Positions 1 through 10,067 of a stretch of DNA of 64,000 nucleotides are shown piece by piece (the stretch's first letter is position 1; each line of letters starts with the position of its first letter). The translations under genes and the position numbers were made by a program. A model generated the notes under the pieces. It worked only from the letters and a program-made list of their open reading frames with translations. It searched no databases and was not told the origin of the DNA. The stretch lies in contig CAVPMG010000023.1 of the NCBI GenBank assembly GCA_963706115.1, positions 37,613 through 101,612 on the forward strand. Direction: 5' to 3'. The stretch comes from an uncultured Actinomycetes bacterium. GTDB taxonomy: Bacteria > Actinomycetota > Actinomycetes > Streptosporangiales > Streptosporangiaceae.

Positions 1-852
1 GCGCTGACCCTGAGGCTGCTTGGCGGGCTCACCACGGCGCAGATCTCCCGCGCCTTCCTGGTGCCGGAGCCGACCATGGCGCAGCGGCTGGTCCGGGCCA
101 AGGGGAAGATCCGCGACGCGCGTATCCCGTACCGGGTCCCGGCCGAGGCCGACCTGCCCGACCGGCTGCGCGCCGTGCTCGCCGTGCTCTACCTCATTTT
201 CAACGAGGGCTATACGGCAAGCTCGGGGCCGGCGCTCGTCCGCGAGGACCTGTGTGCCGAGGCGATCCGCCTGGGGCGGCTGCTGGCCGAGTTGATGCCC
301 GACGAGCCGGAAGCCCTGGGCCTGCTCGCGCTGATGCTGCTCACCGATGCGCGCCGGTCCGCGCGCAGCAGCGCCACGGGCGAACTTGTGTTGCTGACCG
401 ACCAGGACCGCGGCCGCTGGGACCAGGCCCTCGTCGCCGAGGGCCAGGCCCTGGTCCGCCGGTGCCTGCGGCGCGACCAGCCCGGCCCGTACCAGATCCA
501 GGCGGCGATCCAGGCCGTGCACAGCGACGCGGCGACCGCGGCGGACACCGACTGGCGGCAGATCGTGATGCTCTACGACCAGCTCATGGCGATCACGCCG
601 AGCCCGGTGGTGGCCCTCAACCGGGCCGTCGCGGTCGCCGAGGTTGATGGCCCGGAAGTCGCGCTGGCCCTGGCGGATCGTATTGCACTTGAAGACTTTT
701 ATCTCTTTCATGCCATCCGCGCCGACCTGCTGCGCCGGCTCGGCCGTGACGAGGAGGCGGCGCTGGCCTACCGGGCGGCCATCGACCGGGCGCAGAACGC
801 CGCCGAGCGGGACTTCCTCGAGCGCCGGCTGCGGGCGGTCTCCGCGCACTGA
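1..852 (+). CDS. ECF-type RNA polymerase sigma factor, 3' part (5' end lies outside the window), with a long TPR-like C-terminal extension
   Basis: Frame 1 is open from nt 1. [40 protein letters not shown] looks like a sigma region 4.2 HTH. The roughly 230-aa tail (..[29 protein letters not shown]..) is typical of ECF sigmas with a fused C-terminal regulatory domain. Stop at 850-852. Confidence 0.8.
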   Translation, partial: ALTLRLLGGLTTAQISRAFLVPEPTMAQRLVRAKGKIRDARIPYRVPAEADLPDRLRAVLAVLYLIFNEGYTASSGPALVREDLCAEAIRLGRLLAELMPDEPEALGLLALMLLTDARRSARSSATGELVLLTDQDRGRWDQALVAEGQALVRRCLRRDQPGPYQIQAAIQAVHSDAATAADTDWRQIVMLYDQLMAITPSPVVALNRAVAVAEVDGPEVALALADRIALEDFYLFHAIRADLLRRLGRDEEAALAYRAAIDRAQNAAERDFLERRLRAVSAH

Positions 853-854
853 CG

Positions 855-889
855 AGCCAGGCGGCCCCGCGGGCTGGGGCCGCCTGGCT
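855..889. terminator. Bidirectional hairpin between convergent genes
   Basis: Perfect 14-bp stem AGCCAGGCGGCCCC / GGGGCCGCCTGGCT with a 7-nt loop. It lies between the stops at 852 (+) and 920 (-). Confidence 0.6.
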
Positions 890-919
890 GCTCGTGCCGG
901 GGCGAGGGGGCCGCGGCGA

Positions 920-1666
920 TCAGGGTGCCCAGTGGCCCGCGAAGGCCGAATGGGCCGGGGACGAGAAGGTGTGCAGCGGGCCCGCCACCGTGTGCGGGCT
1001 GCCGGGCTGGGTCAGCTTCTCGGTGTTCCACGCCGCGTTCGCCATCCCGCCGCTCACACCGCCGCCGTCGACCACGACGATGTTGGTGAAGTGCACGACA
1101 CCGAAGTTGGCGGGGGAGACACCGGACGGCGAGCCCGCGGTCACCTCGGCCGAGGAGTTCAGGCACGCGGCGCAGGCCTTGGTGACGGTGAAGTTCTTCC
1201 CGGACGTGAGGTCGTGGACCGACAGGGTGTAGACCCCGGCGTCGGCGGTGACGCTGGCCGTGACCTTGTCACCGGGGCTCGGGTGGAACGTGAGAGCCGG
1301 GCTGCCCATGGCCGGGAACATCTGGTACCACGCGGTGTAGAACGCCACCGCGTTCACGCAGGCCTCGTTAACGCCAACCCGCTCGACGGTGTCGTTGGTG
1401 ATCCCGTCAAGGCCGGCTCGCGTCTGGGCGGTGGCGTTCTGGGCCGTGCAGGTCACGGCCGGGACGACGAATGTGGTCTGGACATGGGTAAAGCTCTTCG
1501 CGCCGCCCGACTTGGGCAGCGCGGCATAGCCCGACGCGATCGGGGACACCAAGGTGATGCCGGGCACCGCTGGCGCGAGCGTGCTGGCGGCCGCCAGGCC
1601 TGGTGCGAGGGCCACCACCGCGGCGGTCGCCACGGCGGCAGCGATCAGACTGCTGAGACCGCGCAT
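920..1666 (-). CDS. Secreted G1 (eqolisin / peptidase A4) fold protein, possibly catalytically inactive
   Basis: Signal peptide MRGLSSLIAAAVATAAVVALAPGLAAA. The body shows G1-family landmarks by eye: GLDG, AWYQMFP (cf AWYEWYP), SAEV.. (cf SAEWIVE) and FG.V.FTN. The longest ORF starts at 1699; ATG 1666 is preferred because it opens directly into the signal peptide. Confidence 0.65.
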   Translation of the reverse strand: MRGLSSLIAAAVATAAVVALAPGLAAASTLAPAVPGITLVSPIASGYAALPKSGGAKSFTHVQTTFVVPAVTCTAQNATAQTRAGLDGITNDTVERVGVNEACVNAVAFYTAWYQMFPAMGSPALTFHPSPGDKVTASVTADAGVYTLSVHDLTSGKNFTVTKACAACLNSSAEVTAGSPSGVSPANFGVVHFTNIVVVDGGGVSGGMANAAWNTEKLTQPGSPHTVAGPLHTFSSPAHSAFAGHWAP

Positions 1667-1775
1667 GAGAACCACCCCGTTCTTTAGGTGCGTTGCCACT
1701 TATCTGCAGCGATCATGCGCGCGCGGGGCGAGACAACGAATCCGTGAAACCCGCAAGGTTTTCCAGGCGCGGCGG

Positions 1776-4601
1776 TCAGCCGCCGGAGGACGCCTGTTGC
1801 GCCCAGGCCCGGGCCAGTTCGCTGCGGGAGCGGATGCCGAGCTTGCGGTAGATGGCGGACAGGTGCGCCTCTACGGTCCGCAGCCCCATGTAGAGTTCGG
1901 CGGCGACTTCCCGGTTGGTGTGCCCGGCCGCGACCAGGCCCGCCACCTGGCGCTCGGCCTGGGTCAGGGCCAGGCCGCCGGTGCGGCTGACGCTGAGCCT
2001 GGCCAGTTCCGCGCTGGCCCGCTCGGCCCAGGGCTCCGCGCCGAGCCGGGCGAAGGCCGCCCGGGCCGACTCCACGTGCTCCCGCGCCGCCACCTTGCGG
2101 CGCGCCCGGCGGGCGACGTCACCGGCGGCCAGGTGCGTGCGGGCACGTTCGAACGGCATCTCCAGCCGCTCGTGCGCGGCGAACGCCTGGCCGAGCGCGG
2201 CCTCTGCCGACTCGTGGTCGCCGCGCGCCGACGCCAGCAGCGCCCGGCAACGCCCCGCGACCGCCAGCGCCCAGGCCCGGTCCAGCGCAGCGGCGCGCTC
2301 CTCCAGGGAAACCAGCAGCGGCTCCGCCGCCGCCAGGTCGCCGAGCCGGATCAGCGATTCGATGTCGTCGGGGATGGGCCGCAGCGCGAGCCAGCCGGGG
2401 TCGACCATTTCCCGCCCGGCGGTGGCGCTGGTGATCAGCGACAGGATCGCGTGCGCAGCGGCCGGGTTGCCCGAGGCAAGCTCGACCCGGCCGAGTGCCT
2501 GGCTGCCGAGCAGCGCGAGGTAGTACACACCGGAGCGCAGGCCGCCGTCGATCGCCGTCTCGGCTTCCGCCCTGGCCTCTTCGAAGGGGCCGCGGATGGC
2601 CCGGATGAGCGCCCGGCCCGCGTGCATACACGTCATCGGGGTGACCGCGCCCGCGGCCTGGGCCACCTGGTAGCCATGGTCGGCGTACTCCTCGGCAAGG
2701 CCATAGTTCCCCGCCCAGGTCTCCAGTTCGACCAGATGCAGGATCAGGAACGGCAGGTCGGTCTCGGCGCCCTGCTCAATCGCCTCGGCGTACTCACCGG
2801 TCAGCAGCGCCCGGGCTCCGGCCAGATCGTCGCTGCACCGCAGCACGTGGCTGACCAGCACGCGCGGGCGCAACTCCATCGGGACCCGCCCGGCCTGCTG
2901 CCGTGTGGCCAGGGCACGCCCGGTCAGATCGCGGCGGACGCCATGCCCGGTCACGAATTCGGCCAGCGCCTGGAAGGCCAGCAACTGCGACATCAGCCCT
3001 TCGTCACCGAGCCGGGCCGCGGTTTCGCGGGCGGCCAGGAACTGCTCGACGGGCGTGTCGGTGAAGTTCTCCGTGCTGATGCCCAGCACGAAGCCGATGT
3101 CGCGATGGATTTCCGCGCTGAGCGCGGTGCCTTCGCCTGCTTCGGCGAGCGCCTGCTGCAGCAGCGGCAGGCTGGCATGCGGTCCCTCCGTATAGCCGAC
3201 CACCCGGCCCAGGTGGTGCAGGGCGGTGGCGCGCAGCGCCCCTGGCTCGCTCAGCGCGATCGCCTGCTCCAGCAGTTCCCTGGCCCCCTCCGGGTCGAAC
3301 GCGGCCAGGCGCAGGCGCCCGGCCTCCAGCAGGCGCCGCACGCGTGCCACCGCCTGGTCCGCCGGGGTGAGCCGCAGTGCCAGGTCGGCGAGTTCGGCCC
3401 CGGTGACCGCGGCCCCGCGCAAGCAGGCGACCTGGGCGGCCGTGGTGAGCCTGGCAGCCAGTTGCTCGTCGGGGCCGTCCGCCGCCAGGGCCAGGTGGCG
3501 CACCTGGCCCTCGGCCGCCCCGGTCACCGCGGCCAGCCGCTGGTGGGCACGTCGGCGCTGGCGCCCGGTCGCGCTCGAGTAGTGCACGGAGCGGAGCAGT
3601 GGGTGGGCGAAGCGGACCCGGTCGTCGTCGATGGACAGCACACCCGCTTCCTCGGCGGAGTCCAGCCCGTCCCGTGCGGTCTGCTCGTCACCGCAGGCGG
3701 CCAGGACGACGCCGACGGTGGGCGCGGCGGCCGCCGCCGCGACCAGGGCCACCTCCCGGCCCGCGGGGGAGAGGGCCTCAAGCCGGCGCTGGACAAGGGG
3801 CCGCAGCGACCCGGGGACCGGAAGCGGCTGCCTGGCGCCGCGCCGCGGGCCGTGCGCTTGCAGGGCGGCCGCCAGTTCCAGCGCGAAGTAGGGGTTCCCC
3901 CCGGACGCCTCGTGCACCTCGACCACCTCGGGCCAGGCCTCCGGAGGGCCGCCCTTGGCGCGGAGCACGGCGTCCATGGCCGCCACGGATAGCGGGCCGG
4001 CCGCCAGTACCTGCAGCCGCCCGTCCGGAAACCAGCCCCGCACGCTCGCGGCCGGGCCGTATGCGTCGCCGGTGGCGATCGTGGCCAGCAGGCCGGCCCG
4101 CTGGGTGGTGAGCCGGCGCTGTGCGTACTCCAGCACCGCGGCCGAGGCACGGTCGAGCCACGGCAGGTCGTCGACTGCGATGATCACCGGCGTGGCCTGT
4201 GCGAGGGTCCGGATCACGCCGAGGAAGGCGACCGCGACCGCTCGCTGGTCCGGCGGCTCGGGCCCGGGCTCGGCGCGCAGCAGTGCCACGTCGAGCGCCC
4301 GTCGCTGCGGGCCGGGCAACCCGCTGAGCACGGCTTCAGGTACCGGCTCCAGCAGGTCCCCGAGCGCCGAGAAGCTGAGTGCGGCCTCCGCCTGGACCGG
4401 ACGGCAGGTCAGCACCTGCCAGCCACGATGACGGGCCCGGTCGATCCCGGCCGACCAGAGCGTCGTCTTGCCGATGCCGGCCTCGCCCTCGATCAGCAGC
4501 CCCGCCGGGTGGCTGGCCACCTCATCAAGGAACCGGCCGATCCGGGACAGCTCGGTAGCGCGGCCGTGTATGCCAACGTCAGGGCCGGCAGACCGCTCCA
4601 C
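1776..4601 (-). CDS. Large ATP-binding LuxR-family (LAL-type) transcriptional regulator
   Basis: 941 aa. N-terminal Walker A GEAGIGKTTL, a long TPR-like middle region, and a C-terminal LuxR HTH (LTQAERQVAGLVAAGHTNREVAAELYMGLRTVEAHLSAIYRKLGI). Confidence 0.9.
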   Translation of the reverse strand: MERSAGPDVGIHGRATELSRIGRFLDEVASHPAGLLIEGEAGIGKTTLWSAGIDRARHRGWQVLTCRPVQAEAALSFSALGDLLEPVPEAVLSGLPGPQRRALDVALLRAEPGPEPPDQRAVAVAFLGVIRTLAQATPVIIAVDDLPWLDRASAAVLEYAQRRLTTQRAGLLATIATGDAYGPAASVRGWFPDGRLQVLAAGPLSVAAMDAVLRAKGGPPEAWPEVVEVHEASGGNPYFALELAAALQAHGPRRGARQPLPVPGSLRPLVQRRLEALSPAGREVALVAAAAAAPTVGVVLAACGDEQTARDGLDSAEEAGVLSIDDDRVRFAHPLLRSVHYSSATGRQRRRAHQRLAAVTGAAEGQVRHLALAADGPDEQLAARLTTAAQVACLRGAAVTGAELADLALRLTPADQAVARVRRLLEAGRLRLAAFDPEGARELLEQAIALSEPGALRATALHHLGRVVGYTEGPHASLPLLQQALAEAGEGTALSAEIHRDIGFVLGISTENFTDTPVEQFLAARETAARLGDEGLMSQLLAFQALAEFVTGHGVRRDLTGRALATRQQAGRVPMELRPRVLVSHVLRCSDDLAGARALLTGEYAEAIEQGAETDLPFLILHLVELETWAGNYGLAEEYADHGYQVAQAAGAVTPMTCMHAGRALIRAIRGPFEEARAEAETAIDGGLRSGVYYLALLGSQALGRVELASGNPAAAHAILSLITSATAGREMVDPGWLALRPIPDDIESLIRLGDLAAAEPLLVSLEERAAALDRAWALAVAGRCRALLASARGDHESAEAALGQAFAAHERLEMPFERARTHLAAGDVARRARRKVAAREHVESARAAFARLGAEPWAERASAELARLSVSRTGGLALTQAERQVAGLVAAGHTNREVAAELYMGLRTVEAHLSAIYRKLGIRSRSELARAWAQQASSGG

Positions 4602-4787
4602 GCCACACCCCCAGGTTCACCCGGGCCAGGCATCCCGGTGTCGCCATTATGGGAGTGAACCGGCGGGTTTGTGATGCATCTGCCGTGGCGTGCCCGCCGA
4701 TGCCCCGCAGCGGCCACGGGCCAGGCGCGCGGCCACCGGCGCCTGGTGCCCGGGGCCGATCAGGAAAACCCGTTGACATGCCCTACA

Positions 4788-5156
4788 GTGACGCCCGTGA
4801 GCCCACGCAGAGCTCGGCGCCTGCCGGCCGGCCTACCGCGCCGGCCGCGCGGTGGCCTGCCGCCGGTGCGGCCCGGGGCCGAGGCGGAAGACGACGCGGA
4901 GGTCCCGCCGCTGCGGCTCGGCCCGGAGCGGATCGAGTCGGGCCCCGACGGGGACTGGGTGATCCGGGCCATGCCGGGCGACGCGACCGCGAAGACCTAC
5001 CGGTGCCCCGGCTGTGATCAGGAGATCAAACCCGGAACCGCGCACCTGGTCGTGTGGCCCGCCTACACACCCGGGCTGGCCGAGCGCAGGCACTGGCACC
5101 GCCCGTGCTGGGACAGGCGGCTGCGCCGCCACACGCAGAGCCGTCCCGGCAGGTAA
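4788..5156 (+). CDS. Small conserved actinobacterial protein with a CxxC zinc-ribbon-like motif
   Basis: The C-terminal half (GPDGDWVIRAMPGDATAKTYRCPGCDQEIKPGTAHLVVWP...RRHWHRPCWDRR) looks conserved. The start is uncertain: the ORF opens at 4671, and the in-frame GTG at 4788 was chosen. Confidence 0.55.
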   Translation: MTPVSPRRARRLPAGLPRRPRGGLPPVRPGAEAEDDAEVPPLRLGPERIESGPDGDWVIRAMPGDATAKTYRCPGCDQEIKPGTAHLVVWPAYTPGLAERRHWHRPCWDRRLRRHTQSRPGR

Positions 5157-5164
5157 GGAGCATC

Positions 5165-5884
5165 GTGACAGAGATCAGGGCCGCCACCGTCCTGCCCGCG
5201 CGGCGCGAGGACATCACCCTGCGCACCGACGACGGCCTGTCCCTGGTGGGGGAGATCGCCAGGCCGCTCAGCAGGGATCCTGTCGCCACCCTGCTGTGCC
5301 TGCATCCGCTGCCCACCCAGGGCGGGATGATGGACAGCCACATCCTGCGCAAGGCGTCCTACCGCCTGCCCGCACTGGCGGACCTGGCCGTGGTCAGATT
5401 CAATACCCGCGGCGCCGAGTCCGAGCGCGGCCGCAGCGAGGGGGAGTTCGGCGACGCTATCGCCGAACGGCACGACGTGGCCGCGGCAATCGCCTGGTGC
5501 GTGGCCGCCGCCCTGCCCAGGCTGTGGCTGCTTGGCTGGTCGTTCGGCACCGAACTCGCGCTGATGTGGGGGAACGACCCGGCGGTGGAGGGTGCGATCC
5601 TGCTCTCCCCGCCGCTGCGCCGGGCCGGTGATGCCGAACTGGACGCCTGGGCGGCCTCGGGCAAGCCGTTGCTGGTGCTGGTGCCCGAGTTCGACGACTA
5701 CCTCCGGCCGGACGAGGCGCGGGCCAGGTTCGCGCGGGTGCCGAAGGCCGAGGTGATCGCGGGGGAGCGGGCCAAGCACCTGTGGGTGGGGGAGCCCGCG
5801 GTGCGTACTGTTCTGGATGAGATCGTGCGCCGGGTGAACCCGGCCGCGTGGCCGCTGCCAACCGAGTGGGAGGACCGACGGTGA
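5165..5884 (+). CDS. Alpha/beta hydrolase family protein
   Basis: GTG 5165 sits 4 nt after AAGGAG (5155-5160). Nucleophile-elbow-like GWSFG and overall alpha/beta hydrolase pattern (LCLHPLPTQGG..., LLGWSFGTELAL). The stop overlaps the next start (GTGA at 5881-5884). Confidence 0.75.
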   Translation: MTEIRAATVLPARREDITLRTDDGLSLVGEIARPLSRDPVATLLCLHPLPTQGGMMDSHILRKASYRLPALADLAVVRFNTRGAESERGRSEGEFGDAIAERHDVAAAIAWCVAAALPRLWLLGWSFGTELALMWGNDPAVEGAILLSPPLRRAGDAELDAWAASGKPLLVLVPEFDDYLRPDEARARFARVPKAEVIAGERAKHLWVGEPAVRTVLDEIVRRVNPAAWPLPTEWEDRR

Positions 5885-6645
5885 CCCTTTTCGATCTGAG
5901 CGGTAAGAAGGCATTCATCACCGGGGCCTCCCGCGGCATCGGGCAGGAGATCGCAGTGGCCTTCGCCGAGGCAGGAGCCGATCTCGCGCTGGTGGCGCGC
6001 ACCGAAGACGGGCTCGCGACCACCGCGGAGAAGGCCGCGGGGTACGGGCATGAAGCGTTTGTGATCCGGGCGGACGTGACCGACCAGGAAGCCGTGGAAG
6101 GCGCCGTCGCCACGGCGATCGAGCGCCTCGGCCACGTGGACATCGTGGTCAACAACGCTGGCGGGTCCAACTTCGTGGCTTCGTTCATGGACCTGCGCGT
6201 GCCGGGCTGGGACAAGCTGATGCGGCTCAACCTGACCTCCGCCGTGTACGTGTGCCACGCGATCGGGCCGCACCTGGCCGAGCGCGGCCAGGGCACGGTC
6301 ATCAACGTGGCCTCGGTCGCGGGGCTCGCCGCCTCGCCGCTGCTGTCGCCCTACGGAGCGGCCAAGGCCGGGCTGATCTCGCTCACCAAGACGCTGGCGG
6401 TGGAGTGGGCGCCGCTGGGCATCCGGGTCAACGCCCTGTGCCCGGGCTGGACGGCGACCGAGCTCAACCGCTACCTCTGGGAGGACGAGACCTCGGGGAA
6501 GGCGACCATCGCCGCGGTGCCCATGCAGCGGTGGGGCCGCGCGGCGGAAATGGCCGGCCCGGCGGTGTTCCTGGCCAGCGACGCTTCGTCCTACATGACC
6601 GGACAGGCCCTCGTCGTGGACGGTGGCCAGACCACCATGGCCTGA
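5881..6645 (+). CDS. SDR family oxidoreductase (FabG-like)
   Basis: Cofactor motif TGASRGIG, NNAG, and the catalytic SxnYxxxK region (ASVAGL...YGAAKAG). Translationally coupled to the upstream hydrolase. Confidence 0.9.
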   Translation: MTLFDLSGKKAFITGASRGIGQEIAVAFAEAGADLALVARTEDGLATTAEKAAGYGHEAFVIRADVTDQEAVEGAVATAIERLGHVDIVVNNAGGSNFVASFMDLRVPGWDKLMRLNLTSAVYVCHAIGPHLAERGQGTVINVASVAGLAASPLLSPYGAAKAGLISLTKTLAVEWAPLGIRVNALCPGWTATELNRYLWEDETSGKATIAAVPMQRWGRAAEMAGPAVFLASDASSYMTGQALVVDGGQTTMA

Positions 6646-6673
6646 CGTCCGCGGCCGGGCCGCGGGGTCCCGG

Positions 6674-6719
6674 ACACGCCAAAGGGGGCGGCGCAAGCGC
6701 GCCGCCCCCTTTGGCGTGT
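6674..6719. terminator. Strong bidirectional hairpin between convergent genes
   Basis: Perfect 21-bp stem ACACGCCAAAGGGGGCGGCGC / GCGCCGCCCCCTTTGGCGTGT with loop AAGC. It lies between the stops at 6645 (+) and 6731 (-). Confidence 0.75.
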
Positions 6720-6730
6720 GGGTGCGGTGG

Positions 6731-8083
6731 TTACTCGGTCCACCACTCCTCATCGTTGGACTTGGCCGACGCCTTGGCCGACACCGGCTGCTTCGGCCCG
6801 TTGGCCGGGGCCGACTGCGCCTGAGGCGCTGGCCGGGACTCCTGCCGCGGTGCGGGCGGCGGCGGTCCCGCGACAGCCTTGGGTGCGGCCTGCGGGGCGA
6901 CGGCGGAACGGGACTGGGGCTGCTTGAGCGCCTCGGACAGGCCGGGCATCTGCGTGCCGAGGAGCTGGCTGATCTGCGCCAGGTGCGAGGAGATGCTCTC
7001 CTTCTGCCTGGTCAGGTCGTCGACCTCGCGCTGGGCCACGGCCCGGTGCCGCTCGAGCTCGTTCTTGGTGTCCGCCATGAGCTGGTCGGCCTGGGCCTTG
7101 GCCTGGGCGACGATCTGGTCGGCATTCTTCTTGGCGTTGCCCACCAGCTGCTTGGAGTGCTGCTCGGCCTCGCGCCGGGTGTGGTCGGCCTGCGCGCTGG
7201 CCTTGGCGGCCCGCTGCTCGGCGGTGGCGGCGCGCTGCTCCGCCTCGGTGACCAGCTTCTGCGTCGCGGCCTGCGCGGCCGAAAGGCGCTCGGCCTCCTG
7301 GCGCTCAGCCTCCTCGCGGCGCGAGGCGAGCTGGATCTCGAACTCGGCCTCGGCCTGCGCCCGCTGCGCCTCGCTCTCCTCCAGGATGCGCTGCGCCTGG
7401 CTGCGCATCTCATCCGCCTGCCGCTTGGAGGTGGTGAGGATCTCGTCGCGCTCCCGCTTGGACGACGCCTTGAGCTGGGCAACCTCCCGCTCGGTGGTGG
7501 TGCGGAGCTTGGCGATGTCGCGCTCGATCGCGGCCCGCTTCTCCGCCACCTCGTGGTCGGCCATGGCGCGGAGCTTGGCGGCCTCGCGCTCGGTGGTGGA
7601 GGTCAGCTCGTCGGCCTCGCGGCGTGCCCCGGTGCGGATCGCGTCGGCTTCCCGCTCAGCCGAGCCGCGCAGGTCGTCGGTCTCCCGCTTGGCGCTGGCG
7701 CGCAGTTCGGCGGCCTCGTTCTCGGCGCCGGCGCGCAGTTCGGCCGCGTCCACCTTGGCGGCGGCCTGCAGCTCGTTGGCCGCGGAGCGGGCCTCACCGA
7801 CGATCTCCGTCGCCTGCTCTTCGGCGAGGCGGAGCAGTTGCTCGATCCGCGAGCCCAGCCCCGCGTAGGTGGGGCGCTCCTGCTCCCGGAGCTGACGGTG
7901 CGCCTCGGTCAGTTCCTGCTGCAGCGCCCCGACCTGCTCGCGGTGCTGCCGGATCTCCAGATCGGTCTGCTTGAGGTACTCGTCGACCTGGTGCTGGTCG
8001 TAGCCGCGCATGACCTTGGCGAAGTCGCGGGCCGGGGCGTCTTCGAAGAAGTTGCTGAGCTGAGCGTCAATTTCAGGCTGCAT
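6731..8083 (-). CDS. DivIVA-domain coiled-coil protein
   Basis: N-terminal DivIVA signature FAKVMRGYDQHQVDEYL, followed by about 330 aa of charged heptad/hendecad-like repeats (AAELRAGAENEAAELRASAKRETDDLRGSAEREADAIR...) and a Pro/Ala-rich tail. Confidence 0.85.
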   Translation of the reverse strand: MQPEIDAQLSNFFEDAPARDFAKVMRGYDQHQVDEYLKQTDLEIRQHREQVGALQQELTEAHRQLREQERPTYAGLGSRIEQLLRLAEEQATEIVGEARSAANELQAAAKVDAAELRAGAENEAAELRASAKRETDDLRGSAEREADAIRTGARREADELTSTTEREAAKLRAMADHEVAEKRAAIERDIAKLRTTTEREVAQLKASSKRERDEILTTSKRQADEMRSQAQRILEESEAQRAQAEAEFEIQLASRREEAERQEAERLSAAQAATQKLVTEAEQRAATAEQRAAKASAQADHTRREAEQHSKQLVGNAKKNADQIVAQAKAQADQLMADTKNELERHRAVAQREVDDLTRQKESISSHLAQISQLLGTQMPGLSEALKQPQSRSAVAPQAAPKAVAGPPPPAPRQESRPAPQAQSAPANGPKQPVSAKASAKSNDEEWWTE

Positions 8084-8324
8084 GTGGCTTGATCCTGGCT
8101 AGACGAAGAGGGGCCTGCGGGGGCAGACGAGTTCCTAGTATCCGGCCGTGAGGGAGTGACAAAGTCCGGCAACCCCCACCGGCGCCGACACGTGTTAGGC
8201 CGCTCGCCCGATCCATCGCAGCGTACTCCCGTTACTCAGGTGATGACGGCGGCTTTGCGGCTTCCTGTCGATCAAGATTCGCTTTCGGCGCGACCCAGGA
8301 TGCCTGTGGCCAGGCGCCGCCCGT

Positions 8325-8744
8325 TCAAGCCTCCGGCGGCTGGACGAGTTCGGTCAGCACTCCGCCCACATCCGCCGGGTGCAGAAAGGCGATGGACGCG
8401 CCCATGGACCCATGCCGGGGGCGCCGATCGAGCAGGCGAACCCCGTGCGCACCGATGGCCTCAAGCGCCACGGTGATGTTCGTCACGCGGTACCCGATGT
8501 GGTGGATGCCCTGCCCGCGGCGCGCCAGAAATTTCCCCACCGGCGTGTCCTGGCCGGTCGGCTCCAGCAACTGGATCCAGGACGCCCCCGGCCCGTCGCC
8601 CAGGCGGAGCATGGCCTCGTAGACCCCCTGGTCCTCGTGGGTCTCCCGGCTTGCCACGGTGAGGTCGAAGACGGACTCGTAGAAGGCGATGGCCGCCGCG
8701 AGGTCGTGGCAGGCGATCCCCACATGGTCGATCTGGTCCAGCAC
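8325..8744 (-). CDS. mce: Methylmalonyl-CoA epimerase (VOC fold)
   Basis: 139 aa from GTG 8744: [15 protein letters not shown]...[11 protein letters not shown]...[18 protein letters not shown]. The longer 346-aa ORF (to 9365) is antisense shadow of the thiolase gene. Confidence 0.85.
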   Translation of the reverse strand: MLDQIDHVGIACHDLAAAIAFYESVFDLTVASRETHEDQGVYEAMLRLGDGPGASWIQLLEPTGQDTPVGKFLARRGQGIHHIGYRVTNITVALEAIGAHGVRLLDRRPRHGSMGASIAFLHPADVGGVLTELVQPPEA

Positions 8745-8873
8745 CGCTGCCTCCGCTGGTGTCCTGGCAGTCCGGGGGCGGCCCGGCGGCTGCCTGGCCG
8801 TGGGCCGTCCCTGGGTATCGTGGCAGACGTCCCGCCCGCGCCGCACCGGGGCGGGGGAGCAGCGGAGGAAGCC

Positions 8874-10067
8874 ATGCCAGAAGCGGTGATCACAGGCGGG
8901 GCGCGGACGGCAATCGGCCGCCTGCTCGGCTCGCTCAAGGACCTCGCCGCCACCGACCTCGGCGGCATCGTCATCAAGGCCGCGCTGGAACGCTCGGGCA
9001 TCACCGGCGACGATGTCCAGTACGTGATCATGGGGCAGGTGCTGCAGGCCGGCGCCGGGCAGATCCCGTCCCGCCAGGCGGCGGTTGCGGCGGGCATCCC
9101 GATGACCGTGCCGTCGATCACGATCAACAAGGTGTGCCTGTCGGGGCTGGACGCCATCGCGCTCGCGGCCCAGCTCATCCGGGCCGGCGAGTTCGACATC
9201 GTGGTCGCGGGCGGCATGGAGTCGATGACGAAGGCCCCGCACCTGCTGCCCGGTGCCCGCGCCGGGCACAAGTACGGCGCCATGGAACTGCTCGACGCCA
9301 TGGCGCTCGACGGGCTGACCGACCCGTTCGAGCACACCCCGATGGGCGAGCTGACCGACGCGCACAACAAGCGCCTCGGCATCGGCCGGGCCGAGCAGGA
9401 TGACTTCGCTGCGCTCTCACACCAGCGTGCCGCCGCGGCGATCAAAGATGGTCTGCTGAACGATGAGATCGTGGCAGTCCCGGTGCCGCAGCGGCGCGGG
9501 GAGCCGGTGCTGTTCGACACCGACGAAGGGGTGCGGGGCGAGACCACGGCCGAGGCGCTGGCCAGGCTGCGCCCCGCCTTCGGGGCCGACGGGACGATCA
9601 CTGCTGGCTCGGCGTCGCAGATCTCCGACGGGGCCTGTGCCGTGGTGGTCATGTCCGCGGACGCCGCCGCCGCCCGGGGTGCCCCGGTGCTCGCCGAGAT
9701 CGGCGCGCACGGCAACGTGGCCGGCCCGGACAACTCGCTGCAGTCACAGCCGTCCCGGGCGATCCGCCAAGCGCTCGGCAAGGCCGGGCTGGCCGTGGGT
9801 GACCTGGACCTGATCGAGATCAACGAGGCGTTCGCGGCCGTGGTGCTCCAGTCCATGCGTGACCTGGCCGTGAGCCAGGAAATTGTCAACGTCAACGGGG
9901 GCGCGATCGCCGTCGGCCACCCGATCGGCGCCTCCGGCGCGCGGATCGCCCTGCACCTGATCCACGAGCTGCGCCGGCGCGGCGGCGGGCTGGGCGCGGC
10001 GGCGCTGTGCGGCGGTGGCGGCCAGGGCAGCGCGCTGCTGCTCCGGGTGCCGGGCGATCATGCCTGA
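8874..10067 (+). CDS. Acetyl-CoA C-acetyltransferase (thiolase II)
   Basis: ATG 8874 follows GGAGGA (8864-8869). Active-site Cys in [10 protein letters not shown], and C-terminal motifs [20 protein letters not shown] and [13 protein letters not shown]. Confidence 0.92.
   Translation: MPEAVITGGARTAIGRLLGSLKDLAATDLGGIVIKAALERSGITGDDVQYVIMGQVLQAGAGQIPSRQAAVAAGIPMTVPSITINKVCLSGLDAIALAAQLIRAGEFDIVVAGGMESMTKAPHLLPGARAGHKYGAMELLDAMALDGLTDPFEHTPMGELTDAHNKRLGIGRAEQDDFAALSHQRAAAAIKDGLLNDEIVAVPVPQRRGEPVLFDTDEGVRGETTAEALARLRPAFGADGTITAGSASQISDGACAVVVMSADAAAARGAPVLAEIGAHGNVAGPDNSLQSQPSRAIRQALGKAGLAVGDLDLIEINEAFAAVVLQSMRDLAVSQEIVNVNGGAIAVGHPIGASGARIALHLIHELRRRGGGLGAAALCGGGGQGSALLLRVPGDHA

Noticed and set aside
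1554-3992. 812-aa plus-strand ORF
   Set aside because: It is antisense shadow of the LAL regulator gene. The composition (R, G, A, P, Q runs) and lack of motifs argue against coding.
8379-8873. N-terminal 165-aa extension of the thiolase ORF (562-aa ORF from 8379)
   Set aside because: The extension is antisense to the epimerase gene and non-homologous. ATG 8874 has a GGAGGA RBS and yields a canonical ~397-aa thiolase.
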